DNA of 64,000 bases from Candidatus Omnitrophota bacterium (GTDB taxonomy: Bacteria; Omnitrophota; Gorgyraeia; Tantalellales; Tantalellaceae). The stretch lies in contig JAQUQS010000003.1 of NCBI GenBank assembly GCA_028715965.1, forward strand, positions 78,494 to 142,493, written 5' to 3'. Shown here in pieces: positions 1 to 8,681 of this stretch; the stretch's first letter is position 1; each line of letters opens with the position of its first letter. The position numbers and the translations under genes are program-made. Below the pieces are notes generated by a model. That model was not told where the DNA came from and did not search any database. It worked only from the letters and a program-made list of their open reading frames with translations.

Positions 1-1340
1 AATATGACATCGTCATCGCCTTCGGCGGCACTATCCACTCCGCCGGGGTTCCATATAAGCTGTATATCCGGCGACAGCGTTATGTGGTCGTTTATCTTAT
101 ACGCGTAATACGCCTCCAGGTGCGTCTCGCTGGCGTCAGGATTCCCGGCGTCACCATATTCTTCCCCGGGTATCACCTGCCCGACGGCAACAGCAACGAT
201 ATCATCCACTCTATTCCAGTACTTACCGGCCATGTTAGCGCCAAGCGACCAGTCGAACTCAAGAACGCTTACTTTGGGGTCAGCCCATCCGAACCTTCCG
301 AAAACACCGTATATTTCCGCTATCCTCTGGTCGAAATTGAGCCCGAACCCTGCGTTCCCACGCCTAAACTCCGACGGGTCCTTTATTCTAGCATGTGATT
401 TTGCGTTATACCAGAAAAATGCTCTTATATTGCCCTTCCATTCGTTCGGATCATGGCCCAGCAATTTATCCGTACTTACCGATAGCTGCGTACCTATGAA
501 CCCTTCATCAAAGATATTCTCCCAGTCGCCATCGGCGTCCGCGTAAACTATGCCCAGCTCCATCCACTCCAGGCATGACGGCGCCGCGTTGACCCTCACG
601 CCAAAAGAGTTATCATCAGGAAATTCTATCGTCGGTGAGTTGCGGAATATACCGCCAAGGTACTGTGTGGTCTCGTCGTTCGCGAACTCGTTCGTGTCCA
701 TATACGCGGTAGCGTCCAGTTTGCCTCCGGTCAGGATATATTGCCCATCGAAGAAATAGTGTTCATACCAGGCTTCCGTCAGATCAAAATGGGCCGAGGT
801 ATCCCCGGCATCCCTGTTAACGTTGCTGAAAACGTCCAGTTCCCCTTCTATGGTATCTCCCTGGCCCGCCTCCATATGGACAAAGGCCAGTCCGTCATCG
901 AATTGCTTGGCTATCTCAATATCCGCGGAATATGAACCGTCGAACCTGGAAGACCTGCCATTTGTCGTGTCGGCATTGTTGGCGTTCGGCGTCCCCTGGC
1001 CTACCACCGTTATACCTCCTCCTATATCAAGGCCGCTTTCCCCTAACCCGGTAAGCCTGTCCATCTGGCCTTTAAGCCTGCCGGAAATATCACGTTCCAT
1101 GTTCTTTATGTTCTCGAACTCCTTATCGTACTCGTCCAGCCTGGCGCACGAGCCTTTATAACATTTTTCAAGCTCCCCGATACGCCGGGACTGGTCCTCA
1201 ATGGTCTTTTGCTGCGAAAGCACCAGTTCCTTCAGTTCCGCTACCTGCGTAGCCAGATCGACATCTGCCGCCAAAGATTCTCCGGCGCACACCAGAGAGA
1301 ATACCAGCATGACCGCAACAGAGTTAAATAGTTTCCCCAT
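1..1340 (-). CDS. Carbohydrate-selective porin, OprB family; 5' end (N-terminus) present, 3' end runs off the window start
   Basis: Reverse-strand translation from the ATG at 1340: signal peptide (MGKLFNSVAVMLVFSLVCAGESLA), coiled-coil segment, then a beta-rich region ending ...HLEAYYAYKINDHITLSPDIQLIWNPGG, typical of OprB-family barrels. No stop before position 1, so it is missing from the ORF track. Confidence 0.55.
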   Translation of the reverse strand, partial: MGKLFNSVAVMLVFSLVCAGESLAADVDLATQVAELKELVLSQQKTIEDQSRRIGELEKCYKGSCARLDEYDKEFENIKNMERDISGRLKGQMDRLTGLGESGLDIGGGITVVGQGTPNANNADTTNGRSSRFDGSYSADIEIAKQFDDGLAFVHMEAGQGDTIEGELDVFSNVNRDAGDTSAHFDLTEAWYEHYFFDGQYILTGGKLDATAYMDTNEFANDETTQYLGGIFRNSPTIEFPDDNSFGVRVNAAPSCLEWMELGIVYADADGDWENIFDEGFIGTQLSVSTDKLLGHDPNEWKGNIRAFFWYNAKSHARIKDPSEFRRGNAGFGLNFDQRIAEIYGVFGRFGWADPKVSVLEFDWSLGANMAGKYWNRVDDIVAVAVGQVIPGEEYGDAGNPDASETHLEAYYAYKINDHITLSPDIQLIWNPGGVDSAAEGDDDVI

Positions 1341-1368
1341 CCCTGTATATCCTTTCTTCGGGCCGCGT

Positions 1369-1788
1369 TTATGAAATATTCTTCCCCGTGGTCGCCAGGG
1401 AAAGATGCCCGAACTTTACCCCCTTGGCGGACTTAAGGCAACTGGCCAATTCGTCTATCTCACTGTAACGACCTTTTACGATTATTATCTCCAGGCAGTT
1501 GTTATGGTCGAGATGCACATGCTGGGCGGAGATTATTATGCCATGGTGATCATGCTGCAGGTCAGTAAGCGTGTTCAACAGTTCTCTTTTGTGGTGGTCA
1601 TACACAAGCGTTATGGTCCCGGCCACGTCACCTCGCACATCTCCCCATTCTTTTTTTACAAGCTTGTCCCTCACAAGGTCCCTTATAGCCTCGGACCTCG
1701 TGGGGTATTTCTCTTTTTTCAGGACCGCGTCGAATTTCGAAAGGAGTTCTTTTTCGAGGGACACACCGAACCTTACGACTTTTCCCAT
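1369..1788 (-). CDS. nikR: Nickel-responsive transcriptional regulator NikR (ribbon-helix-helix plus nickel-binding ACT-like domain)
   Basis: MGKVVRFGVSLEKELLSKFD... N-terminal RHH, and a C-terminal His/Cys-rich region (HHKRELL...DLQHDHHGIIISAQHVHLDHNNCLEI) like the NikR nickel site. Start taken at the internal Met; about 140 aa. Confidence 0.8.
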   Translation of the reverse strand: MGKVVRFGVSLEKELLSKFDAVLKKEKYPTRSEAIRDLVRDKLVKKEWGDVRGDVAGTITLVYDHHKRELLNTLTDLQHDHHGIIISAQHVHLDHNNCLEIIIVKGRYSEIDELASCLKSAKGVKFGHLSLATTGKNIS

Positions 1789-1940
1789 AACACCTCCGTT
1801 GGCACTTTTTTTAAAAAAGTAACACGAATCCCACGGCCTGTCAAGATTTGATCCTTTCGGGCGTGTTACGCATGACATGTTCCCGCATATCAATATGAAA
1901 GCGTTTTGCCTATTGACCGGTTTTATGGGATAATTGACCT

Positions 1941-3875
1941 ATGAAATATGACCCGTTCCAGATAGAAGCGATAAACCACATAAATAACGGCCACTCTGTG
2001 CTGGTCTCCGCCCCGACAGGGGCCGGAAAGACCGTAATAGCCGAGCATGTGATAAATGACAGCCTCGAGAGAGGCGGTAAGGTCATCTATACGGCCCCGA
2101 TAAAAGCGCTGTCCAACCAGAAATTCCGCGACTTCCAGGCCCATCACGCGGACAAGACCGGTATATTGACCGGGGATGTCAGTTTGAACCCTTACGCCCC
2201 CGTGCTCATCATGACAACGGAGATCTTCAGGAACAAGATACTTACCAATGCGGACGAATTAAAGGATTACTCCTGGGTCATATTTGATGAGATCCACTAT
2301 CTGGATAATTTTGAGCGCGGAACGGTGTGGGAGGAATGCCTGATATTCCTTCCCTCCCACATGAACATGCTCGGGCTTTCGGCCACCATACCTAATATCG
2401 ACGAATTCGCGCGATGGATAAGTTCGATACACGGCAAGGACCTCAAGGTGGTCAAGGAGGAAAAAAGGCCCGTGCCTCTCCACTTTTTCTATCAATGCGA
2501 CGGGAAAGTGTTCGACGACATGAACAAATTACGCCATTTGTCCCCCCCTCACGTAAGGCGTCATGGGTATCGACGCCATGGCATGCCAAAACACTCGCTA
2601 AAGGACTTCAGGCCCAACCGGTTGGATACCCTCGTCCGCCATCTTGAGGAAACCCGGAAATTACCATGCATATATTTCGTCTTTGGCCGCAAAAGGTCCG
2701 AGTTCCTGGCCGGGGAACTTGCCGGTTTCGACTTCCTCTCCGCCGAAGAAAAAGAAAAGATATCGCGCCTTTACCGGGACCTCTGTGAAAAATTCTCGCT
2801 TACGGGAGAGAACAGCGCGGAAGAGATGTTGCCCCTTGTGGAACGCGGCATAGCGTTCCATCACGCCGGGATGCTCCCCACGTTGAAAGAGGTGATCGAA
2901 CGGCTTTTCACCAGCCGCCTGATAAAAGTGATCTTTACCACGGAAACGTTCGCGCTTGGCATAAATATGCCCGCCAGGACCGTCGTTTTCGATGAACTCA
3001 GGAAATTCTACGGAAGGTTCCACGCGAACCTTAAAACACGGGATTTCTACCAGATGGCCGGACGCGCGGGAAGACGGGGCATAGATACCGAAGGCTTTGT
3101 ATACAGCCGCGTGAACCTCAACCGCCTCAAACCGGACGAGCTGAAACGCATCATCCTCGGTGAACCGGAAAGGGTCCGCAGCCGTTTCAACGCTTCATAT
3201 GCCACCATCCTTAACCTCTACACGAACTACGGCGATTCACTGTACGATATATATGAGCGCTCTTTCCACTCTTTCCAGGAAAAGATCAAATATCGTGAGA
3301 GGGCGGTAAGTACCATGCGCGCCAGGGTAGACCTCCTGGAACATATGGGCTATATCGCCAGGGGGGGGCTTACCGATAAAGGCGCGTTCGCTTCCAGATT
3401 ATACGGGTACGAGCTCGGACTTACGGAACTTTACCATTCCGGCATGATGAACGACATGGGGGTCAAGGATATCGGTATAATATGTTCCGCCCTCGTGTAT
3501 GAACCCCGCAAGAACTCCACATTGCCGAAACTTAACAAACACACACGCTCCCTGCAGGGCATGACCGACAACATAATGAAGAACATCCACAGGAACGAAA
3601 AAAAATTCGGCCTGCAGGAACCCAGCAAGGACTACAATTACCACACGGCGAACTGTGTGGAGGCCTGGATGTCGGGATGTGAGTTCAACGACCTCCTGCG
3701 TCTTACAGACGCGGATGAAGGCGAGATCATACGCTACTTCCGCATGGCCGTACAGGTATTACGGGAACTTCTCGACACCCCCGCGTCCCCGGCGACAAAG
3801 CAAAAATTCCGGAGCGTTATAGGCCTGATAAACAGGGATATCGTCGACGCGGAGAACCAGTTGAAAGAATTGTGA
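1941..3875 (+). CDS. Ski2-like DEAD/DEAH-box ATP-dependent helicase with C-terminal DSHCT domain (HelY/Mtr4-like, compact)
   Basis: Walker A APTGAGKT, DEIH box, SAT, HAGM/QMAGRAGRRG motifs; C-terminal WMSGCEFNDLLRLTDADEGEIIRYFRMAVQVLREL resembles the DSHCT domain. Confidence 0.8.
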   Translation: MKYDPFQIEAINHINNGHSVLVSAPTGAGKTVIAEHVINDSLERGGKVIYTAPIKALSNQKFRDFQAHHADKTGILTGDVSLNPYAPVLIMTTEIFRNKILTNADELKDYSWVIFDEIHYLDNFERGTVWEECLIFLPSHMNMLGLSATIPNIDEFARWISSIHGKDLKVVKEEKRPVPLHFFYQCDGKVFDDMNKLRHLSPPHVRRHGYRRHGMPKHSLKDFRPNRLDTLVRHLEETRKLPCIYFVFGRKRSEFLAGELAGFDFLSAEEKEKISRLYRDLCEKFSLTGENSAEEMLPLVERGIAFHHAGMLPTLKEVIERLFTSRLIKVIFTTETFALGINMPARTVVFDELRKFYGRFHANLKTRDFYQMAGRAGRRGIDTEGFVYSRVNLNRLKPDELKRIILGEPERVRSRFNASYATILNLYTNYGDSLYDIYERSFHSFQEKIKYRERAVSTMRARVDLLEHMGYIARGGLTDKGAFASRLYGYELGLTELYHSGMMNDMGVKDIGIICSALVYEPRKNSTLPKLNKHTRSLQGMTDNIMKNIHRNEKKFGLQEPSKDYNYHTANCVEAWMSGCEFNDLLRLTDADEGEIIRYFRMAVQVLRELLDTPASPATKQKFRSVIGLINRDIVDAENQLKEL

Positions 3876-3911
3876 CCCGATGGGACCGGATCATGCCGGC
3901 GCATACTTTTA

Positions 3912-4514
3912 TCACAGATAGGACCTGCTGCACTTTACCCGTTCTATGGCCTCTTTTATCGCGGCGTTCACGGGCAGAAGACGCGTGCTCAGAAGGTTAT
4001 CTATCGCCAGGAACCTCATGGAGAAATGCGACGCTACAGGGGCGTCATGCCCGGATGCCACCATTTCCCTGGCTTTTTCCATAAGTTCCGGCATGGATCT
4101 TTTCAACACGGCGCAGGCCACTATCTCCGGGCTGGCAGCCTTGGTAGGCCTGACAAAGAGACCGAAAAGCCGGCATATATATCCTCGATACTCATATATC
4201 CCGCATTTCCCGTTCCCCGGCATGAGCGTATCCGGGACATAGAACGCGCATGGTCCTCCCGACGCCCTGGACAGGACATCCAGCCACATGTCGTCCTCTT
4301 TTTTGTCGCAGATACGAATCGCGAGGGGCAGGAACTCGAGCACTGTCGCCTCAAGACGGGGGTTCTCACAACATTTACCACACCCGGATGGGCACTCGAT
4401 CCCAGTGGCCCGCCTGAATTCCGCTATTTTAGAGTCCATTTCCGCGTAAAGCGCCATAAGTTCATCGGAAAAGATCTCTTCCCGCAACGTATATCTTAGG
4501 TTCTCCCCACCCAT
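3912..4514 (-). CDS. YkgJ-family putative Fe-S/zinc-chelating protein (CxxCxxCC-type motif)
   Basis: CPSGCGKCCENP cysteine cluster plus further Cys residues; about 200 aa. Confidence 0.5.
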   Translation of the reverse strand: MGGENLRYTLREEIFSDELMALYAEMDSKIAEFRRATGIECPSGCGKCCENPRLEATVLEFLPLAIRICDKKEDDMWLDVLSRASGGPCAFYVPDTLMPGNGKCGIYEYRGYICRLFGLFVRPTKAASPEIVACAVLKRSMPELMEKAREMVASGHDAPVASHFSMRFLAIDNLLSTRLLPVNAAIKEAIERVKCSRSYL

Positions 4515-4554
4515 CCCCCACCACCGCCTGTAAGACCTTGTGCTACACGCCGCT

Positions 4555-4827
4555 TTATATCTTTCCTGCCACCATGAGAACGCCCATGATAATGAATATA
4601 GCGCCCGCCGCGTATTTGACGATCTCCGGCCTCATATATTTCGATAGTATGGCCCCTAAGACCACCGACACCGCCGTGATGATAATATACGCCGCGACCG
4701 ACCCCATCCATACCGTCAGCGGCCTGCCGCTCTTTGACGCCATAACTATACCCACTAATTGCGTCTTGTCCGCGAGCTCGGCAAAGAACACCGCGGAGAA
4801 CGCCGTAAAGAACAGTTTCATGTCCAT
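4555..4827 (-). CDS. UPF0016 (GDT1/TMEM165) family membrane protein, single-repeat half-size form
   Basis: ELADKTQ motif (E-x-G-D-K-T type) in the first TM helix; 90 aa, three predicted TM segments. Confidence 0.65.
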   Translation of the reverse strand: MDMKLFFTAFSAVFFAELADKTQLVGIVMASKSGRPLTVWMGSVAAYIIITAVSVVLGAILSKYMRPEIVKYAAGAIFIIMGVLMVAGKI

Positions 4828-4885
4828 GTTTTCCTTTCCGTCGAATATTACTATGACCCACGAGTGTCCTCTCTCGACACATCCC

Positions 4886-6178
4886 CTAGAACTTAGTTCT
4901 ATATTTTACCATCACCTCATCTTCATCCGGGGCCTTCCCGGCGCCCTGGCCGGGGTCTGCCGGATCTATCTTTTTTACCCCTTCAATGCTGAGGTTTTCC
5001 TGCAATTTATATTCGGCGCCTACGGCATACCTGTCCCCTGCCGGGATCCCCGCCTTTTCCCGCTTCTCATACCCGGTTATCAACGCCGTCTTGTCTGTCA
5101 TTTTTTTCTTCACGCTAAGGCCACTGGTATTCTCGTCAAATTTTATATCCACCCTGGTGATCCCCATCTCCTCCAGGAAACCATCTCCGGAAGGGTCCAC
5201 GAACAGGTATTCGACAAGGTCCTTCGCGACATCCGGACCCATCTTTTTATTCGCGACAGAGCCTTCCAGGCTATCCCATCTTCTGCCGGTCGCCAGCATC
5301 AATAGTATCCGCTCCTCTTCCATTCGCGGAGTAGATGCCAGCTTGACCTCAGGCGCGCTGACGCTACCGGCGATACCTATATCTATCTTAACATCTTCCA
5401 CCTCGGCCGACGCGCTTATGTCGAGCCCCGTCAGTTCAGGCGCACCATAAAAACGTAAAATGCTCCTACGCAGCTTAAGAATGGTCCTGGGACTGACCAC
5501 TTCGCCGTTCTCGAACAAGGCGCTGCCTTTAAGTTTTACGGGGTCCGTCCCGGCCTCTATGGCCATATCGATCGTTATATCACAACCCCTGACAATGATC
5601 CCGTTACGCAACAGGTTCTTCAGCTTGAGCTTACCTTTTATTTCCGGGGTCTCCGGAGCTCCTTTCACCTTAATGTCTATATCCCTCATGTCGGCATTTA
5701 TCTTCGATAGCCATTTCAGGTCCTTTACCCCGCTCGTCGTGGTTATGTTCAGGGCGTTACAATACACGTCAATGTCCAGCTCGCCCGTGGTGATCTTGCC
5801 AAAGAACGTTACCGGATCGGACCTCGGTATGGACACCTTGCCTTTATTCACCATGCAGCTTAACCATTCTTCCTTCCCGGGACTAAAGGATATCAGCGCG
5901 GAACCGATATTGACCTCAGAGCCTTCGGGCAGTAATTTTATGTTCCCGACATGTATATCCTTTACCGTAATACCTTCGGCCAGGCTACCCGTAACTTCAC
6001 CATACGATACCCCCATCATCATATCATCGTATGTGGCAACTGTGTATCCGAGCACTTTCTCGGCGCCTTTTTGCGTGAATATGACATGATACAGAACGGC
6101 GGCACCGGCAACGCAGCCCGCTATCACCAGTCCGCAAAGGACCGCCCAGAACCTTGTACTCCCAGTAAAAGTATGCAT
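4886..6178 (-). CDS. Membrane-anchored hypothetical protein, possibly TamB/DUF490-like
   Basis: N-terminal TM helix, beta-rich repetitive body, C-terminal ...DRYAVGAEYKLQENLSIEGV reminiscent of TamB C-termini. Weak. Confidence 0.35.
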   Translation of the reverse strand: MHTFTGSTRFWAVLCGLVIAGCVAGAAVLYHVIFTQKGAEKVLGYTVATYDDMMMGVSYGEVTGSLAEGITVKDIHVGNIKLLPEGSEVNIGSALISFSPGKEEWLSCMVNKGKVSIPRSDPVTFFGKITTGELDIDVYCNALNITTTSGVKDLKWLSKINADMRDIDIKVKGAPETPEIKGKLKLKNLLRNGIIVRGCDITIDMAIEAGTDPVKLKGSALFENGEVVSPRTILKLRRSILRFYGAPELTGLDISASAEVEDVKIDIGIAGSVSAPEVKLASTPRMEEERILLMLATGRRWDSLEGSVANKKMGPDVAKDLVEYLFVDPSGDGFLEEMGITRVDIKFDENTSGLSVKKKMTDKTALITGYEKREKAGIPAGDRYAVGAEYKLQENLSIEGVKKIDPADPGQGAGKAPDEDEVMVKYRTKF

Positions 6179-6248
6179 GATATCCGATATTATACGTTTT
6201 TCACGGAAAAAATATAGAAAATAAACTCGGGATGGTTGACCGCCTCTT

Positions 6249-7025
6249 TTAGCGACACGGTCCTTCCGCTGCGGGGTAAAGACTGCTTTTTACACCAAAG
6301 ACCGAAAAAAGCGCTTTCTCGGTCAGCACATCGCCACGCTTTCCCTGGACGGCTATATCCCCGTCCTTAAGGAAAAGTCCGTGAGAAAAAACGGGAAGTA
6401 TATCCTCCAGATGATGTGTAATAAGCAATATGCCCATATCTCTCCCGGCTCCCAGAAGCGTCGTTATGTGGTCGTACATCTCCGCCCTGGCGCCTATGTC
6501 GAGAAGGGAGAACGGCTCGTCCAGGATAAGAAGCGCGGGACGGTTCACCAGCGCCCTTGCCAGCATGACCTTCAATTGTTCCCCTGAGGATAATTCGCTG
6601 AACTTTTTATCGCCATATCCCCGCATGCCGAAGAACGACAGGAGGTCTTCTATGTCGGATAAAAGACCTTTATTTATTTTGCCGAAGAAACCAACGGAAG
6701 CGTTTGTCCCGGACGCGATAACGTCGTTGACACGCACCCTTCGGTCCATCCGGACCGATACCCATGGAGAAACATATCCTATTCTCTTCCTTATATCCGG
6801 TATATATGTCCGTCCGAACCGTTCGCCGAAAACACTAATAGTGCCTTTTCCCGGCCACAGATATCCCATGATAAGCTCGATGAAAGAGGTTTTACCGCTG
6901 CCGTTATTCCCCATCATGAACCAGTTCTCTCCTTTTTTCATGGTCCAGTTCACGCCGCTGAATATCCTCCTCCCTCCGCGGTCCAGACAGACATCTTTGA
7001 ACCTCACGATCACGTTATCACACAT
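6249..7025 (-). CDS. ABC transporter ATP-binding protein (orphan ATPase)
   Basis: Walker A GNNGSGKTS, signature LSSGEQ, Walker B LLILDEP, H-loop THH. Start placed at the internal Met (MCDNVIV) to give an 8-nt overlap with the upstream gene instead of 100 nt. Confidence 0.75.
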   Translation of the reverse strand: MCDNVIVRFKDVCLDRGGRRIFSGVNWTMKKGENWFMMGNNGSGKTSFIELIMGYLWPGKGTISVFGERFGRTYIPDIRKRIGYVSPWVSVRMDRRVRVNDVIASGTNASVGFFGKINKGLLSDIEDLLSFFGMRGYGDKKFSELSSGEQLKVMLARALVNRPALLILDEPFSLLDIGARAEMYDHITTLLGAGRDMGILLITHHLEDILPVFSHGLFLKDGDIAVQGKRGDVLTEKALFSVFGVKSSLYPAAEGPCR

Positions 7026-8292
7026 CCCGTTCTCCCCTAGATCTTTTAGACGCGCTTTCCCCAGCCAGGTACCCGGTCGAGAACGCCGCCTGTAGATTGA
7101 ACCCTCCCGTATCCCCATCTATATCCATGACTTCGCCAGCGAAATACAGGCCTTTTACCCTTCTCGATCCCATCGTCCTCGGATCTATGTCCTTGAGGGA
7201 TACACCACCTCTAGTGACCATCGCCTCCTTGACCGGGGCCGTCCCCGTTATCCGTACACGCATACTCTTTATGTTCCTGATAAGTCCCGCTCTCTCTTCC
7301 TTCGTCATTTGCGCCGACCGTCTGTCGGCATCAATGCGCGCTTTATCCATGATATACAAGACAAGCCTTTCAGGATACCACGTCCTTAAAAGGTTCTTGA
7401 CGCTTCGGGCCCCTGACCCTTTTATCCCCATCATGATCCTGTCTTCTATCTGTTTACCGTTCAGCGCGGGTTCCAGATCCATCTCGAGAATAAGTTCACC
7501 CTTTTTCTCGACGGTTTCCGATATCTGTCCACTCAATGCCAGGATAAGAGGGCCCGAGAGCCCGCTACGCGTGAACATCACATCCCCCGTCCCCGGAAGT
7601 TTATACTTTGAGAACGATATGGGGCCTTTCACGCGTATGCCGTATAGACTGATCCCCTCAAGCCCGGCGATGCCGGTCTCTCCCGATATGACCGGGACAA
7701 GCCCCGGTCGTGGAGTAACGATCCCATGTCCACTTTTCCCGGCGATCCGTAGCCCGTCCCCGGTAGAACCTGTTCCTGGATACGATACGCCGCCTGTCGC
7801 GACCACCACCGCGCCACACCCGAGGATCCTGTCCCCGGCAAAAGTAACGGCGTTAACGGCGCCGTCCCTCAGCTTTATCCCGTCAACCCGGGAAGAGAAC
7901 CTGCATTCGACCCCCGCGCCCTCTACCGCCCGCGTAAGCGCCGACAACACATCCCCGGCCTTCTTCCCGAGCGGGAATATCCTGCCGTTCTCCTCCTCGA
8001 CTGACCCTATCCCATTCTCCTCGAGGAACCCGACAAGCTCTTCCCTGAAGAACACCTTGAAGGCATCCCTGAGGAAATCCCCATTGGGGCCGTATCTCCC
8101 CAGAAAATCCTCTTTTTTGGCGGAATTGGTGTAGTTACACCTGCCGTTACCGGTAAGGATAAGTTTTCTTCCGGGAAGGGCGTTCTTTTCCACCAGCAAA
8201 GTACGCAGGCCGCTCTTACCGGAACGAATAGCCGCCATCATGCCCGCGGGCCCCGCGCCTATAACGACCACATCATATTTTTCAATATTCAT
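7018..8292 (-). CDS. HI0933-family NAD(P)/FAD-dependent oxidoreductase (YhiN / aminoacetone-oxidase-like flavoprotein)
   Basis: N-terminal VVVIGAGPAGMMAA Rossmann motif, TGNGRCNYTN, C-terminal GEVMDIDGDTGGFNLQAAFSTG typical of the family. Confidence 0.8.
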   Translation of the reverse strand: MNIEKYDVVVIGAGPAGMMAAIRSGKSGLRTLLVEKNALPGRKLILTGNGRCNYTNSAKKEDFLGRYGPNGDFLRDAFKVFFREELVGFLEENGIGSVEEENGRIFPLGKKAGDVLSALTRAVEGAGVECRFSSRVDGIKLRDGAVNAVTFAGDRILGCGAVVVATGGVSYPGTGSTGDGLRIAGKSGHGIVTPRPGLVPVISGETGIAGLEGISLYGIRVKGPISFSKYKLPGTGDVMFTRSGLSGPLILALSGQISETVEKKGELILEMDLEPALNGKQIEDRIMMGIKGSGARSVKNLLRTWYPERLVLYIMDKARIDADRRSAQMTKEERAGLIRNIKSMRVRITGTAPVKEAMVTRGGVSLKDIDPRTMGSRRVKGLYFAGEVMDIDGDTGGFNLQAAFSTGYLAGESASKRSRGERDV

Positions 8293-8311
8293 ACAGCGCC
8301 TCGTCCCCACA

Positions 8312-8680
8312 TCAGGTGCCACCAAGGATGGACTCGATCCTGGAACAAAGCTCCATGGTATCTATTGGTTTACCCAAATATCCTACCGCACCGCACTCTT
8401 TGGATTTTTCCTCCATATCTTCCACGCTTGCGGTTATCAATATCACGGGAACACCAGCCATGCCTTGCATGGACCTTATAGTATCGGCTACCTCGGATGC
8501 CTTCATATCCGGAAGGCGAAAATCCAGTATTATCATATCGGGTTTCTCCGCGGACGCTTTTTCAATACCTTCCGCGCCCGTCTCCGCCGCGAAAACATGA
8601 TATCCCTTGGCCTTGAGCCGGTAAAGTAAGGTGATCGACACATCTTTTTCATCGTCTATTATCAATACTTTTTTCGGCAT
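8312..8680 (-). CDS. Single-domain response regulator (CheY-like receiver)
   Basis: VLIIDDE, phospho-acceptor D in MIILDFRLPD, ILITAS, and the conserved K. Confidence 0.8.
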   Translation of the reverse strand: MPKKVLIIDDEKDVSITLLYRLKAKGYHVFAAETGAEGIEKASAEKPDMIILDFRLPDMKASEVADTIRSMQGMAGVPVILITASVEDMEEKSKECGAVGYLGKPIDTMELCSRIESILGGT

Positions 8681-8681
8681 A

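Noticed and set aside
84-1161. Several plus-strand ORFs (84..398, 232..546, 550..759, 741..935, 823..1161)
   Set aside because: They lie antisense to the continuous minus-strand OprB-family porin reading frame (1..1340). Their low-complexity Ser/Pro-rich translations are typical of antisense frames.
3361-3368. G8 homopolymer inside the helicase gene (possible slippage or phase-variation tract)
   Set aside because: It sits in frame within a conserved helicase region (ARGGLTDKG) with no sign of a frameshift, so it is unlikely to be a contingency locus. It may still be a sequencing-error hotspot.
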